Source of the DNA: Candidatus Latescibacterota bacterium
Lineage (GTDB): Bacteria > Latescibacterota > UBA2968 > UBA8231
NCBI GenBank assembly: GCA_964291625.2
Contig: OZ220089.1
Span: forward strand, 4,160,001-4,224,000
Reading direction: 5' to 3'
DNA: 64,000 nucleotides
Shown: positions 11,277-21,977 of the stretch, one piece after another
Layout of the letters: each line of letters starts with the position of its first letter
How positions within the stretch are numbered: the first letter of the stretch is position 1
The notes under the pieces: model-generated
The model's input: only the letters and a program-made list of their open reading frames with translations
Told to the model about the DNA's origin: nothing
Databases searched by the model: none
Translations under genes and position numbers: made by a program

Positions 11277-12547
11277 TCACTCGTGGTGCAGAGCCTCGGC
11301 CGGCCTGACGCGCGCCGCCAGCCAGCTTGGATAGAGGCCGCACAGCAGCACCAGCAGATAGAGCACCAGTGCAGCCGCGGCGAGACCGCCCATGGCGATG
11401 TGGATCGGTATCCAGCTGTCGAGCACCAGGCCCAGCAGATCGAAATGGAGGATGGGCACACCGCCCAGGGCGACGGCCGCCGTCGCCAGCACGACCAGCT
11501 CGCCGAGGAAGAGGGCGTAGACGTTGCCGCCGGCGGCCCCTACGGCCCGTCGGACCCCGATCTCCCGGGTGCGGCGGCGCACGGCCTGCCACAGGATGCC
11601 GCTCAGCCCCAGGGCAACCATGAGCATCAGCAGGCCGCTGAGCAGGGCGGTGTTCTTCAGACTCTGGACCTGCCCAGCCTGCCTGCGGTCCTGCATCTGG
11701 GCCAGGGAGCGCACGTTGAAGCGCATGGCCTGGCTCGCCGGAACGACGGCCCGCACTCTGTTTCGGAGCTCTTCGCCGAACTCCGCTCCACTCCGCGAGG
11801 GGGTCCTCAAGAGCAGATTCACGCCGCGGGATGACTCGAGCGTATCGACTCGCGTGTCGGGCATGAGGAAAAAGAGCGTGCCCGGCACCCTGCTCCGTGA
11901 GGATCCGTACTTCCCGTAGTAGAGGCAGTCTTCCACGACACCTACTACGGGGAAACTGCCGACCGGGGAGTGCATGGTCATGTTCAGGCTCCTGTATCCC
12001 TCCAGCCCGAACTTCTCTCTCACCTGTTCCGCGTCGAGTATCTTTCCCAGCGGGTCCTGGTCGCCGAACAGGGCGCGGCTGAGCTGGCGGTCCATCACGA
12101 CGGGACTCCGGTCGCCGGAGAGCGCCTCGTCTTCCGGCTCGAACCAGCGCCCGCTGTGCAGCCGCAGCCCCAGCGTTTCCAGGCCCTCCTTCGAGATGTT
12201 GACGGCGGCCATCCCGTTCCAGGCGCCCATGCCTTCGAACGGTGACTGCTCGGCGAGCGCCGCCGATTCGACGGCGCCGAGAGCCTCCATCTCCCGCCGG
12301 ACCATCGTCACGGTGCGCCCGAAATCGGACGACTGCTCCCCCGAGGGCTCCCGCATCCAATCGTGCCTCGCCAGGTTCACCGACCACACATCCTCGTACT
12401 CGAAGCCCGGCGATTCCATGCTCTCGACGGCGAACAACACCCAGCCCACACCCATGAAGGCGACAATGACGAAGACCAGCGTCAGCTCGCCGACGAGCAG
12501 CAGGTTGGTCCGCCGCCGGTTCCACGCCAGCCGGCACAGGTGGAGAA

Positions 12548-12551
<4 letters not shown>
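11277..12551 (-). CDS. ABC transporter permease, MacB/FtsX family (type B, pair 1)
   Basis: MILHLCRLAWNRRRTN, RRTREIGVRRAVGA, C-terminal PAEALHHE. Confidence 0.9.
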
Positions 12552-13834
<1,283 letters not shown>

Positions 13835-13841
13835 GGCGTCC

Positions 13842-14507
<666 letters not shown>

Positions 14508-14517
14508 GGCTTCCTCC

Positions 14518-15795
14518 TTACTTGATCTGGACCTCGTCCAGGTGCAGGTAGTCCTTCATGCTGGAGATGATTACCTCGTCGCCCTCGAGCAGGCCCTCCA
14601 CGACCTCGTAGTGCTCGAAGCTGGCGATGCCGGTGCGGATCTCGGTCTTCACCGCCGAGCCGCCGCGGATCACGAAGACCTCGTGCAGGCCGGCGCCCCC
14701 GGAGATGAAGGGCCCGCGCTTGAGGCGCAGGGCCCGGTCCTTGCGGGCGGTGACGATGTAGGCGTCGACTCGCTGGTTGGGTCTAAGCAAGGCGTGTGCC
14801 GAGTCCTCCAGCTCCACTTCCAGGGTGATGATGTTGTTGTCCACCGTGGGCAGGATGCGGGCGACGCGGCCGCTGACGAAGCTCTCCTCGTCGACGCGCA
14901 GGCGCACCGGCAGCCCCGTGCCCAGGCGGCGGGCGTGGAGGTCGGAGACGGTGACGTCGGCCCGGAAGGAGCTGAGGTCGGCGATGCGGGCGATCTCCTC
15001 GCCCTGGCGGATGGGGGCGCCCACGACGGGTGAGACCGCGGTGAGGACGCCGTTTCGGTCGGCCAGAACGCGGGCCCGCTCGAGGCGGCGGCGGGCCTCC
15101 TCGCCCTCGCGCTCGAGGGTCCGCATCTCCACCTCCAGCGCCTCCACCTGGGCCCGGGTCGATTCGAGCAGGTTGCGGCGGTCCTCCTCGATCTGCTGCA
15201 GCTCGATGCCGCTGCGCTGCGCCTCCAGCTGCACCTGCTGGAGAGCCTCCTGGGAGACGGCGCCGATCTCCTGCAGCTCCACGTACTGGCCGACGCGGGT
15301 CTGAAGCCGCTGCAGGTCGAGCTTCTTCAGGCGCAGCTGGGTCTCGAGGTCGCTCAGCCTCTGGCGCTCGTCCAGCTCAAGCTGGGTGCGGCGGTTGCGC
15401 TTGAGGGCCAGGTCCTCCTCGCGTCTCTCCACCTCGAGGCGGGCCCCGTTCAGGTCCAGCTCGACGATCGGCTGGCCCTTCTCCAGCACCGCGCCCGGCT
15501 TCTCCAGGATGCGCAGGAGGCGCGTGTCGATGGGGCTGAAGAGGACCTGCTCGAACTCGGGCACGATCGTCCCCGAGGCGGTGATCGTCTCCTCCACCGG
15601 GCCCTGCTGCACCTTGGCGGTGCGGATGCGGTCGGGGTCCACCGACGGCCGGACCAGTCCGGGCAGCCACAGGAAGAGCCAGACCGCCGCCGCCAGTCCC
15701 GCCGCCGAAGCGGCGATGCGCCTGAGGCGCCGGCGCTGCAGGAAGGTCGGGTCCACCGGCCGGTCCATGGGATTGCTGGAGGTCTGCTCGTCCAT
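14518..15795 (-). CDS. Efflux periplasmic adaptor / membrane fusion protein (HlyD/MacA family); the start may be at 15768
   Basis: N-terminal TM anchor, ITASGTIVPE, lipoyl-like halves flanking a long coiled coil, C-terminal GLLEGDEVIIS. Confidence 0.92.
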   Translation of the reverse strand: MDEQTSSNPMDRPVDPTFLQRRRLRRIAASAAGLAAAVWLFLWLPGLVRPSVDPDRIRTAKVQQGPVEETITASGTIVPEFEQVLFSPIDTRLLRILEKPGAVLEKGQPIVELDLNGARLEVERREEDLALKRNRRTQLELDERQRLSDLETQLRLKKLDLQRLQTRVGQYVELQEIGAVSQEALQQVQLEAQRSGIELQQIEEDRRNLLESTRAQVEALEVEMRTLEREGEEARRRLERARVLADRNGVLTAVSPVVGAPIRQGEEIARIADLSSFRADVTVSDLHARRLGTGLPVRLRVDEESFVSGRVARILPTVDNNIITLEVELEDSAHALLRPNQRVDAYIVTARKDRALRLKRGPFISGGAGLHEVFVIRGGSAVKTEIRTGIASFEHYEVVEGLLEGDEVIISSMKDYLHLDEVQIK

Positions 15796-15808
15796 GGGAT
15801 GGCTGCAT

Positions 15809-15824
15809 CACAAATTCCGTGCCA
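15809..15824 (-). promoter_or_regulatory. Candidate sigma-54 (-24/-12) promoter
   Basis: Minus strand reads TGGCAC-GGAAT-TTGTG against the consensus TGGCAC-N5-TTGC(A/T). It lies directly upstream of an operon that encodes a sigma-54 activator. Confidence 0.65.
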
Positions 15825-15878
15825 GGGTCGGCGGGGGCGGGTGCGGCGGGTGCGGCGGGCGGTGGCGGCCCCTCCCTG

Positions 15879-15915
15879 TGTCCGCTATCGAACAGCGGTC
15901 TTTCGATTCTGGACA
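15879..15915. promoter_or_regulatory. Paired bEBP upstream activator sites
   Basis: TGTCCGCTATCGAACA (15879-15894, TGT-N10-ACA) and an inverted near-copy TGTCCAGAATCGAAAG (minus strand, 15900-15915), 21 bp apart. Confidence 0.55.
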
Positions 15916-16229
15916 CCCGCTGGGGGGGCAGGGTTCTGCCCATCCCCCGGAGGGAGCCACAGGCTCCGGGAGTTACGGCAGGTGCCAAGGGAGGAACGGA
16001 TCCGACAGGTAGAGAGCGGTCTTACAGACTCTGGATCAGCCGCGTCAGGGGCCGGGGGCCCAAGGTATGCGTAGCGAGGCACCGATGACCTCCAAGCCTC
16101 GGAGACCCGCGAACCTCGGGTGGAACGGCGGTTGCTCTGCGATCCTCCCGAGTCCCATGTTTCGTCGAACGCGCCAGAGCGGCTCGTTTCTCGGACTCGC
16201 CAAACACCCAAGACAGGAAGGAAAGGAAC

Positions 16230-16748
16230 ATGCCCCTCGCCCTTCTCGCCCTCGCCTTGTTCATCGGTTGCACCTCTGCTACGCCTGCGAGCAGGCTCAA
16301 GCCCATCTATCCGCCCGCGGCTGCCCTGGACGCCATAGAGATGCTGCAGGCCTGTCCAGAACTCACCCTGCTCGATTCCGCCATGACCGAACAAATCGAG
16401 GTGATGTCCGTGGCCTATGACGCCCATGTCAAGGCCACCCCTCCGGTGCCGGATTCGTCCATGCAGCGCCTCCCCCAGGACAGGAGTGAAGTGGCGAGCC
16501 AGCAGAGGGGTGCGGCCTGGTACTATGAGCAGATGAGCGCTTCCGATCTCGCAGTCCGGTTGCGGCACCTCAAGGGCTACCAGTACCCCATCGCCAAGGC
16601 CCTGGAAGCCTGCCGGTCCCAACCGAAAGGCCCGTTTGGCCAACGCTCGCTCTCCGATGACTCGAGGAAAGCAACCATGAGGGCCTTCACTCTGCTGCTC
16701 GTCCTGACCTCCGGCGCGGCCTTCGATGTGGAGGACACGAGTGAATGA
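16230..16748 (+). CDS. Hypothetical lipoprotein
   Basis: Purine-rich RBS (GGAAAGGA) before ATG, lipobox-like MPLALLALALFIG-C. No recognisable family. Confidence 0.5.
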   Translation: MPLALLALALFIGCTSATPASRLKPIYPPAAALDAIEMLQACPELTLLDSAMTEQIEVMSVAYDAHVKATPPVPDSSMQRLPQDRSEVASQQRGAAWYYEQMSASDLAVRLRHLKGYQYPIAKALEACRSQPKGPFGQRSLSDDSRKATMRAFTLLLVLTSGAAFDVEDTSE

Positions 16749-16844
16749 GTCTGGGTGGCGCTGTGCCGGTGGTCAGAGCCGGTAGGATCGAGGGGTCGGC
16801 CGGAGCAGGGCGTCCCGGCGGCGGCCCTACCCGGCACCCCGACC

Positions 16845-18473
16845 TCACTCCCGGAGCGGATCCTCCCGCAGCCAGGTGACCCAGCTCATGATCTCGTCCT
16901 GGCGGCCGGACATCTCGACCTCGACCAGGGACGGTCCGGCCGCGGCCAGGGCCCGCTCCAGGGCGGGGCGGAACCCGCCGAGGTCGGCAACCCTCTCGGC
17001 GTGGATCCCGAAGGAGCGGGCGAAGGCGACGAAGTCGGGGTTGGTCAGCTCCGTGTCGATGGTGCGGCCCTCGCAGTCGCGCCGCTGGGAGCCCTTGATC
17101 GCGGTCAGGGCCGAGTCGTTGACGACGACGACGGTCACGTCGATGCCGTAGCGCACGGCCGTGGCCAGCTCGAAGCTGCCCATGAGGAAGCCGCCGTCGC
17201 CGGAGAAGCAGACCACGGGCCGGTCGGGCCGCGCCAGCCGGGCTCCGAGGGCGGCGGGGAAGGCGTGGCCCAGGGAGACGCCGATGCAGGGGTAGAGGAA
17301 GGTCTCGGGGTCGCGGACGGGATACTCGGCGAAGGCCGAGTAGCCGATGCCGTGGACGTCCACGGAGAGGATGCCGTCGTCGGGCAGGAGTTCGCGGATC
17401 TCGGGCAGCAGCGGCAGGGGAGGCTGCGCGGCGAACCGCCGGCGCCAGGTCTCCAGCAGCGGCATCCACTCGCCGCCGCCTCCGGGTACCTGTTCGCACA
17501 GGCTCTCCAGGCTGAGGCGGAGGTCGCCGGCGATCCCGACGTCGCAGTCGTACTCGCGGCCGATCTCGGACGCCTCGGGATCGAGCTGGATCAGGGGCCC
17601 CGGGAAGCGGCACTCCCACTGGCTCGTGTCGATGGAGGTGAAGCGGCAGCCCACGGCGAGGGTGCAGTCGGCGGCCTCCACCGCCTGCCGCGCCAGGTAG
17701 CCGCGGATGTCGCAGAGGGCCAGCTCGTGGTCCTCGGCCAGGGCGCCCTTGCCGCGCCGGGTCGCGGCCACCGGCGCCCGGAGCTTCTCGGCCAGGGCCC
17801 GCAGCGGCTCCCGGGCTCCTCCCGAGATCACGGCGTTGCCGGCCAGGATCAGGGGCCGCGAGGCGGCGCCCAGGCTCCGGGCCGCCTCGGCCAGCTGCGC
17901 CTCGTCGGGGGTCCCCGCGGCGAGGGAGGGCACCCGGGCCGGAACGGCGGCGCCGTCGGCCGGCCCGGTGATCGCGTCCTGGGGGAACTCCAGCATCGCC
18001 GGCCCCGGCCGCGGCGCCCGCAGGACCCGGAACGCCTCCTCCACCACGCGCGGGATGTCGGCGGCGGTGCGGGCGATCTCCCGGTAGCGGGTGATCGGCT
18101 CGAAGAAGGCCATCTGGTCGAGGCCGTGGAACAGCTTGGCGGGATCGCGCCCGTAGTGCCGCGAGTCGTGCTGACCGGTGATCAGGAGCACGGGCACGCA
18201 GTCGGTGTAGGCCTGCAGCAGCCCCGTGGAGGCGTTGCTGGCGCCGGGGCCGGGCACGGTGAGGGCGACCCCCACGTCGCCGCTGGCGCGGGCGTAGCCG
18301 TCGGCCATCACCGTGGCGCCGTACTCGTGGCGGACCAGGTAGTGGTCGATGGCGCCGGCGCCGCGGCGCAGCAGGGAGTCGTAGATCTGGAGGTTCTGGG
18401 TGCCGGGCATGCCGAAGAGGCAGCGCACGCCCTGGGCCTTCAGGCACTCGACGAGGAGGTCGCCGCCCCTCAT
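16845..18473 (-). CDS. Thiamine pyrophosphate-dependent enzyme (acetolactate synthase large subunit-like)
   Basis: LFGMPG, VRHEYGATVMADGYAR, PGPGASN, TPP motif GDGGFLM...VVVND. Confidence 0.93.
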   Translation of the reverse strand: MRGGDLLVECLKAQGVRCLFGMPGTQNLQIYDSLLRRGAGAIDHYLVRHEYGATVMADGYARASGDVGVALTVPGPGASNASTGLLQAYTDCVPVLLITGQHDSRHYGRDPAKLFHGLDQMAFFEPITRYREIARTAADIPRVVEEAFRVLRAPRPGPAMLEFPQDAITGPADGAAVPARVPSLAAGTPDEAQLAEAARSLGAASRPLILAGNAVISGGAREPLRALAEKLRAPVAATRRGKGALAEDHELALCDIRGYLARQAVEAADCTLAVGCRFTSIDTSQWECRFPGPLIQLDPEASEIGREYDCDVGIAGDLRLSLESLCEQVPGGGGEWMPLLETWRRRFAAQPPLPLLPEIRELLPDDGILSVDVHGIGYSAFAEYPVRDPETFLYPCIGVSLGHAFPAALGARLARPDRPVVCFSGDGGFLMGSFELATAVRYGIDVTVVVVNDSALTAIKGSQRRDCEGRTIDTELTNPDFVAFARSFGIHAERVADLGGFRPALERALAAAGPSLVEVEMSGRQDEIMSWVTWLREDPLRE

Positions 18474-19267
18474 GGGCCGATCAGCAACTCCGGGGTGGCC
18501 TCGACCCCGGGGAGCAGGTTGGTGTAGCCGTCGCCCCGGGAGCCGGCGCGCCCGCGCACCAGGAAGACGGGATGGGGATGGCTGTCGACGTCGACCCAGG
18601 CGGTGTCGGTGCTGCAGTAGCGGACGGTGTACCCGGCGCGGCGCCGGTCGCTGTGGTTGGCGTCGCTGCCGTGGAGGATGAAGGAGTCGTGGATCGACAG
18701 GCTGCCGGCGCCCATCTCCAGGGTCACCGCCGAGGCCTCCTGCTCCGGGGAGACGGGGACGCTGCGCCGGAGCATCTGGTCGTCGCCGGAGTCGACGGTC
18801 TCCAGCTCGCGCCAGCCGCGGTGGGAGCCGGGGATGACCCTCATGGCGCTGTTGGCGGCGTCGGCGGGATCGACGGCGAGCCACAGGGTGACGACGTCGG
18901 TGCCGTGGACGCTCGGCCAGTAGGTGTTGTCCTGGTGCCAGCCCACCTTCACGGGGGAGCCGGGCTGCTTGATGAAGACGGAGGAGTAGACCAGGATCAG
19001 GTTCGGCCCGAGGATCGACTCGACGGCGTCGAGGACACGGGGGTGGCGGCAGAGGTCGAGCCAGCGCAGGTCCCTGACGTGAGGCTCGCCGACGTAGCCG
19101 GCCCGGTCCAGGGCGCGGTCGGACGGCTGCGGCAGCGGCGCCTCCAGGGCCTCCTCCAGCATCTGCCGCAGGTCCCCGGCCTCGGCCGCGGTGAGGACGT
19201 CCGGGAAGAGGCAGTATCCCAGCTCGGCGAAGCGGGCGGGGTCGGTGTTCAGGTGGTTGGAGGACAT
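18470..19267 (-). CDS. PhyH-family Fe(II)/2-oxoglutarate dioxygenase
   Basis: WHQD facial-triad motif, IPGSH, LHGSDANHSDRRR. Confidence 0.92.
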   Translation of the reverse strand: MSSNHLNTDPARFAELGYCLFPDVLTAAEAGDLRQMLEEALEAPLPQPSDRALDRAGYVGEPHVRDLRWLDLCRHPRVLDAVESILGPNLILVYSSVFIKQPGSPVKVGWHQDNTYWPSVHGTDVVTLWLAVDPADAANSAMRVIPGSHRGWRELETVDSGDDQMLRRSVPVSPEQEASAVTLEMGAGSLSIHDSFILHGSDANHSDRRRAGYTVRYCSTDTAWVDVDSHPHPVFLVRGRAGSRGDGYTNLLPGVEATPELLIGP

Positions 19268-19441
19268 CGCTTTTCGCGGGGGGCAGCCTCGCCGGAGCGC
19301 TGCCGGCCGGCTGCGCAAGTGTAGGACCCGGCCGCCTCCGGGGACAACGCCGGCCGACCCGGGCTCGCCCGCCCTGCGACGGCGACGGCACGCGGCGTCG
19401 GACCCGCACTGGTTCGCTGCTTGCGGCGGCGTGCGGCGTGC

Positions 19442-19689
19442 CCCGCGCTGCTTGCGGCGCCGGCGGACAGCGCCCGCCGGACCTGCTCTCCGGCCTGCGG
19501 CGGCCACCACCGCGGCAACGGCCGCCGGCCGGGCTCCGCCCGGCTTGCGGCGCATCCGTGGCCTGTGGCGGCGGCCGGGGCGTCGACCCGCGCTGCTTGC
19601 GGCGCCGGCGGACAGCGCCCGCCGGACCTGCTCTCCGGCCTGCGGCGGCCACCACCGCGGCACCGCCCGCCGGCCGGGTCCCGCCCGGC
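19442..19689. repeat. Intergenic direct repeat with a 145-bp period
   Basis: 76 bp identical at 19442-19517 and 19587-19662 (cccgcgctgcttgcggcgccggcggacag...ccaccaccgcggca), extending imperfectly for about 27 bp more. Confidence 0.9.
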
Positions 19690-19763
19690 CTGTGGCGGCG
19701 GCCCGGCGGCGCAGACCTGCGCGGCTTGCAGCGTCGGCGGACAGGGCACGAGGTTTCCCCCCC

Positions 19764-20891
19764 ATGGACCTCATCGCTCCCACTCATACCGTCGAGGTGC
19801 CCGGCTGGGTGACCTACCCGGAGGAGGACTGGCAGACGGTCACGCCGGAGCAGGCCGGCCTCGACCCGGAGGGGTTCGGCCGCTGGCTGGCCGGGCTCGA
19901 GGTGCGCGGCGCCCGCTTCGGGGGCGAGGACCACGGCGGCGACCGCTACGGCGCCGTCCTGACCCGCGGCGGCTGCCTCGTGCACGCCTGGGGGGACCGC
20001 CACTACCGGCACCAGACCGCCTCCGTGGGCAAGGCCCTCACCTGGGCGGTCCTGGGCGCGGCGGCGGCCGACGGGCTCCTCGACCCGGACGAGCCGATCC
20101 ACCGGACCTGGACCGGCGAGGGCGAGCTCTCCCATCCGCACAAGTACCTCACCGCCGGCCACCACGAGCGGCTGACCTGGCGCCACTTGGTGGGCCGGCG
20201 GGACGAGAGCGTGCACTGGGGCGGGTTCCCCTTCGAGATCGGCATCCGCTGGCGCCAGAAGCGCACCGGCCTGGAGGAGGCCGACGCGGTCCCCGGCGTG
20301 CCCGCGTGGGCCCGGTGGACGGGGGACCCCTTCTTCGACTGCTACTCCCACGCCGAGCCGGGCACCGTCGGCCTCTACAGCAGCGCCGGCTTCTGGCGCC
20401 TGGGGCAGGCCCTGACCGCGGCCTGGGGCCGCGACCTGAAGGACGTGGTGCAGGAGCGGCTCTTCGACGCCATCGGCATCCCCGCCGGGAGCTGGGACTG
20501 GCTGCCGGGAGGCGAGGTCAAGGACCGCAGGTTCCTCTACCCGACGATCCCGGACAGCTACACCTACCTCGACCCGCCGTACGAGATCGGCGGCCAGGTC
20601 GTCCGCAGCGGACCCGGGTGGGTGGTGATCAGCGCTTCCGACCTGGCCCGCTTCGGGCACCTCAACGCCACCCGCGGCCTCTGGAAGGGCGAGCGGATCA
20701 TCGACGCCGACTGGCTGCGCGGGCACAGCGGCGGCAACCGCAGCGGCGCCAGCGGCGAGAGCGGACAGTTCACCGCCCTCGGCGTGGTCACCACCGAGGG
20801 GCTGCCCGAGCACCGGCACGCCGTCGAGACCGCCAGCATCCTGCCCGGCGAGCTCTTCACCGGGCCCGTCAGGCCTCCGGCGCGGTCCTGA
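19764..20891 (+). CDS. Serine hydrolase, beta-lactamase/transpeptidase-like family
   Basis: SxxK (ASVGK), PGTVGLYSS (YxN-equivalent), ISASDLARFG, HSGG. Confidence 0.85.
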   Translation: MDLIAPTHTVEVPGWVTYPEEDWQTVTPEQAGLDPEGFGRWLAGLEVRGARFGGEDHGGDRYGAVLTRGGCLVHAWGDRHYRHQTASVGKALTWAVLGAAAADGLLDPDEPIHRTWTGEGELSHPHKYLTAGHHERLTWRHLVGRRDESVHWGGFPFEIGIRWRQKRTGLEEADAVPGVPAWARWTGDPFFDCYSHAEPGTVGLYSSAGFWRLGQALTAAWGRDLKDVVQERLFDAIGIPAGSWDWLPGGEVKDRRFLYPTIPDSYTYLDPPYEIGGQVVRSGPGWVVISASDLARFGHLNATRGLWKGERIIDADWLRGHSGGNRSGASGESGQFTALGVVTTEGLPEHRHAVETASILPGELFTGPVRPPARS

Positions 20892-21957
20892 ACTCCTCGA
20901 GGAAGGCCTCGTCGAAGTCGAGACCGAGGCCGGGGCGCTCGGTCATCTCCACCTCTCCATCGGTCACCGCGAAGGGCGGGTCGTAGAGCCGCGACCAGAT
21001 CTGGTAGGGCTCGGTGTGGGGGCAGGCGGGGATGATCAGGCCGTTGGGCACGGCCGCCACGAGGTGGCAGTTGATCTCGGGGAAGCTGGCCCCGTGGGGG
21101 GCGACGTGGGCGTGGTGCGACTCGGCCACGGCGGCGATCCGCATGAGCCCGGTGACCCCGCCCCCGATGAGGATGTCGCTCTGGGCGACCTGCAGCCCCC
21201 CCTCGACGATGAGGCGGCGGATCCCGTAGATCGTGCCCTCGCCCTCGCCGCCGGCCAGCAGGGCGGGGCCGGCCGCCTCGCGCACCATGCGCAGGTGCCC
21301 GGGCTCGTCGTCGCCGCGGACCGGCTCCTCGATCCAGTAGAGGTCGTACGGGGCGAAGGCCCGGGCCATGCGCGCCGCCACGTGGCCGTCCCACAGGCGG
21401 CGCCCGTCGATCATCAGGCGGCGGTCCGGGCCCAGGGCCCGCCGGGAGGCCTCGACCTTGGCCAGGGCGACCTCGGGATCCGGGCCGGTGAGGTGGAACT
21501 TGACGGCCCGGTACCCCAGGGCGGCGTGCCTCGCCACCAGCTCCGCCACCTCGGCGGCGTCGGCGTCGGCATAGCCGATGCCGTCGGCGTAGGCCGGCAC
21601 GCGGGAGCGGCAGCCGCCGAGGAGGCGCCACACCGGCTCGCCGCAGGCCTTGCCGTAGAGGTCCCACAGGGCCACGTCGAGGGCGCCGATGCTGCTCATG
21701 GCGGCGCGCCCCGGGCCGCCGGGTCCCCAGGCCGCGTCGTACATCCTCTGCCAGAGCCGCGCCGTGCAACGCGGGTCCTCGCCCACCAGCAGGGGCGCCA
21801 GGTGCCGCTCGATCAGCTCGCGGCTGCCGCCCCGGCCGATGCCGACGAGGCCGCCGCCGGCGTGGACGCGGTGCACGGTCCAGGCCCGGGTGGCGCCGCT
21901 TCCGGGCGGCCCCCAGGGCAGCTCCAGCACGATCGTCTCGATCCTCTCGATGCGCAT
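20869..21957 (-). CDS. Mandelate racemase/muconate lactonizing enzyme family protein
   Basis: ALDVALWDLYGKACGEPVWRLLGG, metal ligands ID/WIEEP/GGEGE, VAPHG. Confidence 0.92.
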   Translation of the reverse strand: MRIERIETIVLELPWGPPGSGATRAWTVHRVHAGGGLVGIGRGGSRELIERHLAPLLVGEDPRCTARLWQRMYDAAWGPGGPGRAAMSSIGALDVALWDLYGKACGEPVWRLLGGCRSRVPAYADGIGYADADAAEVAELVARHAALGYRAVKFHLTGPDPEVALAKVEASRRALGPDRRLMIDGRRLWDGHVAARMARAFAPYDLYWIEEPVRGDDEPGHLRMVREAAGPALLAGGEGEGTIYGIRRLIVEGGLQVAQSDILIGGGVTGLMRIAAVAESHHAHVAPHGASFPEINCHLVAAVPNGLIIPACPHTEPYQIWSRLYDPPFAVTDGEVEMTERPGLGLDFDEAFLEEFRTAPEA

Positions 21958-21977
21958 GGTTCCCTCCTTCGGCCGGG

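Noticed and set aside
15975-15990. Second TGGCAC on the minus strand (another occurs at about 43923 on plus) as a sigma-54 promoter
   Set aside because: There is no TTGC-like -12 element at the required spacing.
19400-19720. Repeat region as a CRISPR array or as coding repeats
   Set aside because: There are only two long copies, no spacer pattern and no cas genes. The overlapping ORFs are low-complexity.
16845-20819. 1324-aa ORF suggesting a giant TPP-enzyme fusion
   Set aside because: Only the last 542 aa (from ATG 18473) are protein-like. The rest is off-frame PhyH, the repeat region and antisense to the serine hydrolase.
19764-20891. Antibiotic-resistance beta-lactamase
   Set aside because: It has no signal peptide and divergent motifs, so it is better described as a generic serine hydrolase.
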